Below, piece after piece: positions 18,319 through 25,940 of a stretch of DNA of 64,000 nucleotides. This DNA is from an uncultured Actinomycetes bacterium (GTDB lineage Bacteria; Actinomycetota; Thermoleophilia; Gaiellales; Gaiellaceae), in NCBI GenBank assembly GCA_963769665.1, contig CAVYMQ010000002.1, positions 42,478 to 106,477 on the forward strand, given 5' to 3'. The translations under genes were made by a program, and so were the position numbers. Position 1 is the stretch's first letter, and the number at the start of each line of letters is the position of its first letter. The notes under the pieces are model-generated. The model was given only the letters and a program-made list of their open reading frames with translations. It had not been told where the DNA came from and ran no database searches.

Positions 18319-19112
18319 TCGAACATCGCTGGCAGCTGCTCCTCCTCGGGTGGGCCGTCGCGAGCGCTCTGCTCGGCGCGCTGTACGTGGTGCAGCGCCG
18401 CACAGGCGATGCGACCGCAGTCGATGCCGGCTGGGCCGGCTCACTTGCCGTGCTCGCCATCCTGTACGCCGCGCTCGGCCCCGGCGAGCTCTCACATCGC
18501 TTGTTGATCGCCGCGATGGCCGGGATCGAGAACCTCCGCATCGCACTACTCGTGCTCGCCCGGCTCGGGAAAGGCGAGGACACGCGTTACCGCGAACTCC
18601 GTGGCCGCTGGCGCGCACGGGGCCGCGAGCAAAGGACCTTCGCCATCTTCTACCAGGCGCAAGCATTCCTCGCCGCGGCGCTGTCGGTCCCATTCCTGCT
18701 GGCATCGTTCAACCGCCACGACGGGATCGAGCCAATCGAGTGGGCGGGCGCGGCGCTCTGGCTCGTCGCCGCACTCTTGGGGCACGTCTCGGATCAGCAA
18801 CTCGCACGCTTCAAGGCCGACCCCGCGAACAAGGGCAAGACGATGCGGTCGGGGATGTGGCGGTACTCACGCCATCCGAACTACTTCTTCCAGTCGCTCG
18901 TCTGGCTCGCCTACGCGCTCGTCGCCGTGGCTGCGCCCTGGGGCTGGATCGCGTTCGCGGCCCCTGCAGCGATCCTCTTCCTGATCCTCTACGTCACGGG
19001 TGTCCCACCCGCGGAGGAGCAGGCACTGAAGAGTCGCGGCGACGACTACCGCCGCTATCAACGTGAAACGAGCGTCTTCGTCCCGTGGTTTCCCAAGTCG
19101 TCGACAACCTGA
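18315..19112 (+). CDS. DUF1295 / steroid-5-alpha-reductase-like membrane protein
   Basis: GTG at 18315 overlaps the previous stop. It is multi-TM and has the C-terminal motif [13 protein letters not shown]. Confidence 0.8.
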   Translation: MIEHRWQLLLLGWAVASALLGALYVVQRRTGDATAVDAGWAGSLAVLAILYAALGPGELSHRLLIAAMAGIENLRIALLVLARLGKGEDTRYRELRGRWRARGREQRTFAIFYQAQAFLAAALSVPFLLASFNRHDGIEPIEWAGAALWLVAALLGHVSDQQLARFKADPANKGKTMRSGMWRYSRHPNYFFQSLVWLAYALVAVAAPWGWIAFAAPAAILFLILYVTGVPPAEEQALKSRGDDYRRYQRETSVFVPWFPKSSTT

Positions 19113-20131
19113 TCGAGTCCGGGCGCGTCCCGGACCCGCTGCTTCGGCTCGGCATCCGCGCGAACCTCTTCGTGCGACTCGAACGCGAACGACGTAAAGG
19201 AATCGAGGAGAAACGGGCGTTCGTCGAGCGGCTGCGCGAGTCGCCCATCGCGGTGCAGGTCGAGAAGGCGAACGAACAGCACTACGAGTTGCCGCCCGAG
19301 TTCTTTCGCCTGGTGCTCGGCCCGCGCCTGAAGTACAGCTCGTGCTTCTGGCCGGAAGGCGTCGGAAACCTTGCGGCGGCGGAAGAAGCGATGCTGGGCC
19401 TGACGTGCGAGCGTGCGGGTGTGGAGGACGGGATGGAGTTGCTCGACCTCGGTTGCGGTTGGGGCTCGCTCACGCTCTGGCTCGCTGAGCGGTATCCGAC
19501 CGCGAGGATCCTTGCCGTTTCGAACTCGGCTCCGCAGCGGGAGTTCATCGAGTCGCAGAACGCGCCGAACGTCGAGGTGCTAACCGCAGACGCGAACACG
19601 CTCGAGCTCGAGGACGGTCGGTTCGACCGCATCCTCTCCGTCGAGATGCTCGAGCACATGCGCAACTACGAGGAGCTGTTCGGTCGGATCGCGTCGTGGC
19701 TTACACCAGAAGGCCGCTTCTTCTGCCACGTGTTCTCGCACAGAGCGTATGCGTATCCCTACGACGACACGTGGATGGGGCGCACCTTCTTCAGTGGCGG
19801 GACGATGCCCTCCGACGATCTCTTTTTCCACTTTCAGCGCGACCTCGTGGCCGCTGACCACTGGAGCATGTCGGGCACGCACTACGCACGTACGGCTGAG
19901 GCTTGGCTCGAACGCATGGACGAGCACGAGCCGGCGATCATGCGTGTCCTCTCGGATCAGTACGGCGGAGATCGCGCAAACGCGTGGTGGGCGAACTGGC
20001 GGGTCTTCTTCCTCGCGTGCGCGGAGCTCTGGGGCTATCGCGGGGGACGTGAGTGGCTCGTGTCTCACTACCTCTTCGAGAAGCGGCGGGCGGTGCGGTA
20101 CCCGGTTCCGGGAGCGGCTCTCTGCGACTAG
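19085..20131 (+). CDS. class I SAM-dependent methyltransferase (second CMAS-family member)
   Basis: [26 protein letters not shown] and VEMLEHM blocks. Confidence 0.85.
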   Translation: MVSQVVDNLIESGRVPDPLLRLGIRANLFVRLERERRKGIEEKRAFVERLRESPIAVQVEKANEQHYELPPEFFRLVLGPRLKYSSCFWPEGVGNLAAAEEAMLGLTCERAGVEDGMELLDLGCGWGSLTLWLAERYPTARILAVSNSAPQREFIESQNAPNVEVLTADANTLELEDGRFDRILSVEMLEHMRNYEELFGRIASWLTPEGRFFCHVFSHRAYAYPYDDTWMGRTFFSGGTMPSDDLFFHFQRDLVAADHWSMSGTHYARTAEAWLERMDEHEPAIMRVLSDQYGGDRANAWWANWRVFFLACAELWGYRGGREWLVSHYLFEKRRAVRYPVPGAALCD

Positions 20132-20148
20132 TCGAGGAACAGTAGAGA

Positions 20149-20370
20149 GAGCTGAAGCACCCGGACGTCGAGCGTCTGCTCTCGGGCTGAGCATCGACTG
20201 GTGGATCGCCGGCGGCTGGGGCGCTCGACGTCGCCGTGCTACGCCCCGACCACCCAAAGAGATGCGACGTACGGGGAGACTTGCGGTCGCTCGCTGCACG
20301 AGCGTTGTCGACGTGCGTGGCGAAGCACTTTCTCGATGAACTCTTCGATGACGGCGCTTCAGCCTTGTGA
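20149..20370 (+). pseudogene. decayed nucleotidyltransferase-domain gene fragment
   Basis: The pieces ELKHPDVERLLSG-stop, SIDWWIAGGWG and ALDVAVLRPDHPK lie in two or three different frames. The pattern resembles WW.dGGW...DLDvav of nucleotidyltransferase-fold proteins. Confidence 0.3.
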
Positions 20371-20562
20371 AACTCTCGCCCTAGACGAACGCCCCCGCTT
20401 CAGACGGTGTCGGAAACTCGCTAGCGATTGTGGACACCCTGGTGTTGCGGACGGAAAACCCGACGCCGGGCCGCTGTCGGCGCTCCAGCGGGCGGCAAGC
20501 GAGATCACTTCTTGGCTGTGTGTGAGTGGACGACGACGGGGGACCGGAAGTAGGGTGCGGAT

Positions 20563-21138
20563 ATGGGGTCGGGCGGTCGGCGAGGGGTCTCGAGGTCAGG
20601 TCTCGTCGCCGTCTGCGTGCTGCTCACGTTGTGCAGTGGAGTGGCGGCGAGAGGAGCAACTGCAGAGATCGTCCCGGGCGAGAGCATTCGCGGCGTCGCG
20701 CTAGGCATGACTCAGGCTCAAGTGATCGCGACGATCCGCGCACCCGGCGGCAGTGACAAGCAACGGGCCTCGAGCGGGCCTGGCCATCACACGCTCACGT
20801 GGGGGTTCGGCCCCGAGAGGCTGACGGTGACCTTCTCCAGCAAACGGAGCCTGAAGGGGGCTCGTGTCACCGCGGTAACGACCACGTCTTCCATCGACAC
20901 CGTACAAGGCGTAGGCGTCGGAAGCACGCTCGCGGCCGTTAAGACGGCGATCCCGCGGCTGTCTTGCGACAAGCCTCGGCCCCGCTTCCGGGAGTTCGCG
21001 TGCCGCGACCGGGTCGAGCGCGTTGGCGCTCGAGTGACGCAGGTCTACGTTCGGACGGCGACGAAACGGGTGACCTCGATCGCAGTCTGCCACGTTGTGA
21101 CGAAGCTGCAGGGCTTTCCACTCTGCTACTTCCCCTAA
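20563..21138 (+). CDS. secreted hypothetical protein
   Basis: Signal-peptide-like N-terminus (RRGVSRSGLVAVCVLLTLCSGVAARGA). GC3 is moderate and lower than in neighbouring genes. Confidence 0.55.
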   Translation: MGSGGRRGVSRSGLVAVCVLLTLCSGVAARGATAEIVPGESIRGVALGMTQAQVIATIRAPGGSDKQRASSGPGHHTLTWGFGPERLTVTFSSKRSLKGARVTAVTTTSSIDTVQGVGVGSTLAAVKTAIPRLSCDKPRPRFREFACRDRVERVGARVTQVYVRTATKRVTSIAVCHVVTKLQGFPLCYFP

Positions 21139-21320
21139 CACGCCCCGTGAAGAATTGACCGGGTGCAGGAGCTTAGCCCAGCGGCGTGATGCGTCCCGCC
21201 AAGTCTGGGCGGGAGGTAAGACCTCCTGGGAGGAAGCAAGAAGGCGAATCGGGCCCGCACCAGGCGACGCTAGAACTCGTTTCCCGTCGTCGCGAGCCTC
21301 TCGGTCTATCGGGCAAGCCC

Positions 21321-21366
21321 GCAATTGGTAAGCACGCAATTTGGTAAGCACGCAATTGGTAAGCAT
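21321..21366. repeat. three tandem 15-16-nt repeats GCAAT(T)TGGTAAGCAC
   Basis: Units are gcaattggtaagcac, gcaatttggtaagcac and gcaattggtaagcat. They lie in a low-GC intergenic region 130 nt upstream of the RidA gene. Confidence 0.9.
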
Positions 21367-21496
21367 GTGCAACCGCGTGGTTCGGTTACGGCTCGGTCGC
21401 CACAAGGCTGTCTTCCTGCGGCGCGCAGGCCAGCTTCATCGGTGATAAGTAGACGGGCGTGATGGAGCTCGTCGAGGGCGTCCTCGTATCGATGGG

Positions 21497-21895
21497 GTGG
21501 CTTCCGTGACCGAACACGACCGCCAAACGCTTGTCGAAGATGAGTCGTCGACGATCCCGTACTCGCCTGGGCTGCGGGTCGGCGACACGATCTATGTCTC
21601 GGGGACGATCGGTCGGCCGCGGGGCGGGGACCTCGCCGCCGACATCACCGAGCAGTTCCGGCAGCTCTACCGCAATATCGCAGTCGTGCTCGGCGAAGCG
21701 GACGCGACGTGGGCCGACGTCGTCGAGTTGACCTCGTACCACATCGGCCTCCGCGAGCACATCGAGATACTCTTCGCCGTCCACCGCGAGTTCGTCGCCG
21801 AGCCGTACCCCGCATGGACAGCGGTCGGCGTGACGGAGCTCCTCAACAAGGACGCCGTGCTCGAGATCGCCGTGACGGCCGTTCGACGGCAGTAG
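21497..21895 (+). CDS. RidA/YjgF family protein
   Basis: 132 aa with the pattern GDTIYVSGTIG...ELTSYH...PAWTAVGV..L....LEI typical of the RidA family. Confidence 0.85.
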   Translation: MASVTEHDRQTLVEDESSTIPYSPGLRVGDTIYVSGTIGRPRGGDLAADITEQFRQLYRNIAVVLGEADATWADVVELTSYHIGLREHIEILFAVHREFVAEPYPAWTAVGVTELLNKDAVLEIAVTAVRRQ

Positions 21896-21918
21896 CCGGT
21901 CTAGTCGCGCCCCGGGCT

Positions 21919-21953
21919 ATGGGCCGACGCGTTCCCAAACGCCTTCGGCCCAT
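21919..21953 (+). terminator. hairpin downstream of RidA gene
   Basis: ATGGGCCGA...TCGGCCCAT 9-bp stem with inner GCGTT/AACGC pairing. The T tract is weak (CATTCTCC). Confidence 0.4.
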
Positions 21954-22269
21954 TCTCCAAAGCAGCGGCGCCGTTGACCCGTTCGAACGGACCCGGTGCC
22001 GACACGAGTTTAACGCCAGGGCTTCGTGCACGGATACGACCGTTTTACGGGGGGGCGAGCGGGCCACGAGCGACGCCGCCGCGCGCGAGAACCCCTGGCT
22101 CATCACACTTCGCCTCGCGATGTGTTTGGTGCGGGGGCGGCGGCTGCGGACTCGTCTTGTTGTGTCAGGACTAGGCTGGCACGGTGGCGCGGCAGCCGAT
22201 CTTCACTCCTGATCGCCGGCTGCGTGTCTTCGTCTCGTCGACGCTTCGCGAGTAGCCCTCGAGCGCACG

Positions 22270-24699
22270 GTGGCGCGTGAGGCGATCGCGTCGCTGCGCC
22301 TAACCCCAGTGCTTTTCGAGCAGGGCGCACGGCCGCACGTTCCCCGCGATTTGTATACGGCCTACGTCGATCAGTGCGACGTGTTCGTGGGCATCTATTG
22401 GCAGAGCTACGGCTGGGTCGCACCGGGAGGCGCTGTCTCGGGACTTGAGGACGAGTACGAGCTCGCGCGGGGTAAACCTAAGCTGCTGTACATAAAGGAG
22501 CCGGCGTTCGATCGCGAGGAACGCCTGCGCGTGCTCATCCGGCGCATCGAGGACGAGGCCGGCCCTGCGTACCGGACGTTCTCCACAGTCGAGGAGTTGG
22601 GGCGGATTGTGAGAGACGACCTCGCCCTGCTGCTCACCGAGCGCTTCCACGCGAGCACCGACGAGCGCGACCAGCGGTCAGAGCTCCCCGCGCGCACGAC
22701 CTCGTTCGTCGGTCGCGACCACGAGGTCAACGAAGTGTCGCGTCTGGTCGAACGAAGCGATGTTCGGCTCGTCACACTTACCGGCCCGGGCGGCATCGGC
22801 AAAACGCGGCTTGCCGTTGAGGCCGCGCGCCGGCTGGCTCCGCGTTTCCGAGAGGGCGCGGCCTATGTCGCCCTCGACCGGGTTGCGGATCCGGAGCTCG
22901 TGCCGGCAGCCGTCGCTGACGCGGTCGGGTTGCCCTCTCTCGGCCCGGACCCGGTGGATGCTCTGGCTCGTCGCCTGCGTGAGCGGCATCTCCTGCTTGT
23001 CGTCGACAACTTCGAGCACGTTCTGGCTGCCGCTCCTCTACTCACGCAGCTGCTCGAGGCCTGCGAGCAGCTGGAGGTGCTCGCAACGAGCCGCGAGCCT
23101 CTACGCCTACAGGGTGAGCACGAGTACAGCGTCCCGCCCCTTGAGGCTGCCCCAACTCTCTTCATGGAACGAGTCGCGGCGATGCGGCCCGACGTCGTCT
23201 GGAACGAAGAGAACGTGCGTGCTGCGGGTGAGATCTGTGCTCAAGTCGATCATCTGCCGCTTGCAGTCGAACTCGTGGCGGGCGCAGCGCGTCTGTTTTC
23301 ACCGAGTGTCCTGGTTGAACACATTGAGTCCTCGCTTGACGCGCCCTCGACCGGGCGACGAGACGCGCCGGCGCGCCAGCAGACGGTGCGCGCCACGATC
23401 GACTGGAGCTACGGGCTGCTGAATGAAGACGAGCGTGACCTCTTCGAGCGACTTGGCGTATTCGCCGGCTCGTTCACGATCGAAGCGGCTGGTTCGGTCG
23501 CGGGCGAGCAGGCACTGGCAGTTCTCTCGACGCTCTCTGCGCTCGTGGACAAGAGCCTGCTCGTGCATGCGGCGTCAGAGTCTGAGACCCGTTTTCGCAT
23601 GCTTCGGGTCGTTGCGGAGTATGCAGCTGAGCGGCTCTGCGATCGGGCGGACGCGGAGGACATCAGTGTCGCGCATGCGGAGTACTACGCCGATCTCGCC
23701 CGAGCCGCGTACTCCGGATTGCGGGGAAGCGAGCAGCGAGGCTGGAAGGACACTCTCGACTTCGAGCGTGAGAACATTCGCCGCGCTGTCGGGCACCTCG
23801 CTCGAACCGGACGCGTGGACGAAGCTGCTGATCTGGTTTGGTCGGTGTGGGTGTACTGGCTCACCGGACACGTGCTGGAGGGACGAAAGCTCGCCGGTGA
23901 TCTCCTAGCTTTGACCCGCGAGCTCTCCGAGCGGGGACGTGCCCGTCTCCAAACTGTCGAGGGAGTACTCGCGGGACTTCTGTCCGACATCGGCACCGCC
24001 CAGGCAGCACTCGGCCAGGCAACGGCCTGGTTTGAGGAGCACGACGACAACGAGGGAAAGGCGAGCGCGCTCGCCGGGCTCGCGCTTGCGACTGCCCCGG
24101 TCGACCCCGAACGCGCCCGATCGCTGATGCTCGAGAGCGCGAGCTTGTTTGCGGGGATCGGCGATGCGTGGGGGGAGGCGATCGTCCTAGGGTCGCTGGG
24201 GTGGCTGGATACAGGCCGAGGCGACTTCAGCGAAGAACGCCTCTTCGAGCGCGCGTACGCCCTCGCCCGCCACGTGGACGACGAAGTAGCGACAGCGCAC
24301 ACAGCCACGAACCTTGCCGAGCTGCGCCTGGCCAGCGGGCAAGCCGACGAGGCGCGTGACGCGCTGGACACTGCACTCACGGCCCTTGAGGCCGTGCGGC
24401 TTTACGACGGCCTTTCGTATTCACTCGAAGCTACCGCCCGGCTCGCCAAGAGCGACAATCGCTCCCACGAGGCGGCTCGCCTGCTTGGGGCGGCCGATGG
24501 GCTGCGTGAGGAGGTGGGCATGCCGATCTGGGGCCCACGACTAAGCCGCTTCGAAGCGCTCGCGCAAACCGTGAGGAGTGATGTTGGCGAGGCCTCGTTC
24601 GCGGCCCGCTGGGCGGAAGGGCGCACACTCAGCTTCGACGCCGCGCTGGCAACGGCCCGTGACATCCTGCACGGCGCCGAGGCTGACGTGCGTTCTTGA
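22270..24699 (+). CDS. STAND-type NTPase with TPR C-terminus and DUF4062-like N-terminal module (N-terminus interrupted by a frameshift)
   Basis: P-loop GPGGIGKTRLA, Walker B LLLVVDNFEH, an ARQQT..ATIDWSY block and TPR-like repeats. The N-terminal REAIASL...CDVFVGIYWQSYG resembles DUF4062. The RVFVSSTLRE start of that domain lies upstream in another frame. Confidence 0.8.
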   Translation: MAREAIASLRLTPVLFEQGARPHVPRDLYTAYVDQCDVFVGIYWQSYGWVAPGGAVSGLEDEYELARGKPKLLYIKEPAFDREERLRVLIRRIEDEAGPAYRTFSTVEELGRIVRDDLALLLTERFHASTDERDQRSELPARTTSFVGRDHEVNEVSRLVERSDVRLVTLTGPGGIGKTRLAVEAARRLAPRFREGAAYVALDRVADPELVPAAVADAVGLPSLGPDPVDALARRLRERHLLLVVDNFEHVLAAAPLLTQLLEACEQLEVLATSREPLRLQGEHEYSVPPLEAAPTLFMERVAAMRPDVVWNEENVRAAGEICAQVDHLPLAVELVAGAARLFSPSVLVEHIESSLDAPSTGRRDAPARQQTVRATIDWSYGLLNEDERDLFERLGVFAGSFTIEAAGSVAGEQALAVLSTLSALVDKSLLVHAASESETRFRMLRVVAEYAAERLCDRADAEDISVAHAEYYADLARAAYSGLRGSEQRGWKDTLDFERENIRRAVGHLARTGRVDEAADLVWSVWVYWLTGHVLEGRKLAGDLLALTRELSERGRARLQTVEGVLAGLLSDIGTAQAALGQATAWFEEHDDNEGKASALAGLALATAPVDPERARSLMLESASLFAGIGDAWGEAIVLGSLGWLDTGRGDFSEERLFERAYALARHVDDEVATAHTATNLAELRLASGQADEARDALDTALTALEAVRLYDGLSYSLEATARLAKSDNRSHEAARLLGAADGLREEVGMPIWGPRLSRFEALAQTVRSDVGEASFAARWAEGRTLSFDAALATARDILHGAEADVRS

Positions 24700-24786
24700 C
24701 CCGAAATAGACGCTCCGCGCGACCTCATCGGCCGGACCGCCAAAGGTGCTGCGGTCGATCACGCAGAGTGGACTGCATGTCAAGCG

Positions 24787-25089
24787 GTGGCCATGATCGG
24801 TCTCCTCGAGCTCGACCGCGCGCGGGCAAGGTGGATCGCCACAACGAAGTCGCTGGCCGGAACACCTCTCGGCGCGCTCGAGGTGCGCGCCGCACGTCCG
24901 ATCGGCGCGTACGACGTCTACGCCCTGGCTGTGGACTTCCTTCTGCGAGGAACAGAGCCTGCCTCGCTATCGGCTTACCTTGAGGCGATCGGCCGAGGAG
25001 CCCCCTGGCGAGCAGCATTTGCCACCACGTTCGGCATGACGATCGAGACCTTCTTCGTCGAGTTCGCCGCCTATCGCCAGACGCTGTAA
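24787..25089 (+). CDS. hypothetical protein
   Basis: 100-aa ORF with reasonable GC3 and a globular-looking sequence. No motif was recognised. Confidence 0.4.
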   Translation: MAMIGLLELDRARARWIATTKSLAGTPLGALEVRAARPIGAYDVYALAVDFLLRGTEPASLSAYLEAIGRGAPWRAAFATTFGMTIETFFVEFAAYRQTL

Positions 25090-25224
25090 ACGTTCCGCGC
25101 CCCGGAGGTGACGGCGTTCGCCAGGTCGGGGTCTTAAGGGCATCGCAACTCGTCCTTAAGCGCTCCGTCGCACTGTGAGGCGGTCAACGCAGAGCCCTCA
25201 CAGGGCGGAAAGGAGCGTCAGGAG

Positions 25225-25788
25225 ATGATCAGGTCGGGAGACACCCTTGAGAACCCCGTCACGGGGGAGCGGATCGTGTTTCGGAAGACCGCAGCCGACA
25301 CCGGCGGAGCCCTCGTCCTGGTCGAGTGCGTCGTGCAGCCGGGGGGAGCCGTCGCGGCGGCGCACGTGCACCCGCACCAGGAGGAGCGTTTCGAGGTCCT
25401 GCGAGGGAGCGTCGGGTTCCGGCTCGGACGCAAGAAGAGCGTGGCCGGTCCAGGAACAAGGATCAGCGTGCCCGCAGGGACACCGCACAAGTTCTGGAAC
25501 GCGGGTCCGGACGAGGCGCACTTCGTCTGCGAGATCAGGCCCGCGCAGCAGTTCGAGCAACTGATCGAGACGATGTTCGGCCTCGCCGCGGATGGCAAGA
25601 CGAACCGTAAGGGGATGCCGAACCCCCTTCGCCTCGCGGTGATCGCGGACCACCACTTCGGCGACCTGCGCCTGCCGCTCGTGCCCGCCTGGATGCAGCG
25701 CGCAGCCCTCTCGCTGGGCGCCCCGCTCGGCCGGCTTCTCGGCTACGACGCCCGGTACGTGCCGGCCGGCGAGGTGGTCGCAGCGTGA
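25225..25788 (+). CDS. cupin domain protein
   Basis: Good SD (GGAAAGGAG). It has the cupin motif G..VAAAHVHPHQEE.F.V..G followed by PAGTPH. Confidence 0.8.
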   Translation: MIRSGDTLENPVTGERIVFRKTAADTGGALVLVECVVQPGGAVAAAHVHPHQEERFEVLRGSVGFRLGRKKSVAGPGTRISVPAGTPHKFWNAGPDEAHFVCEIRPAQQFEQLIETMFGLAADGKTNRKGMPNPLRLAVIADHHFGDLRLPLVPAWMQRAALSLGAPLGRLLGYDARYVPAGEVVAA

Positions 25789-25913
25789 TCGGCCGCCGCT
25801 TCAGGCGTCGAGCGCTCGTCGGGCTGCTCTTCCTCTGCCTGTGTGGTTTCGCCCTCCTGGGATTCATCTTGCAGGCGGCGGCCCTGGTCGAGAGGCGAAC
25901 CGCGGCAACGTAG
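25785..25913 (+). CDS. possible 42-aa membrane micro-protein
   Basis: GTGA overlap with the cupin stop. The sequence is VIGRRFRRRALVGLLFLCLCGFALLGFILQAAALVERRTAAT, a single TM helix. Confidence 0.35.
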   Translation: MIGRRFRRRALVGLLFLCLCGFALLGFILQAAALVERRTAAT

Positions 25914-25940
25914 AGAGAGGATGAGTCTGGGGGGGCCGTC

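Noticed and set aside
21321-21366. CRISPR array.
   Set aside because: There are only three directly abutting 15-16-nt units with no spacers, and no cas genes are in the window.
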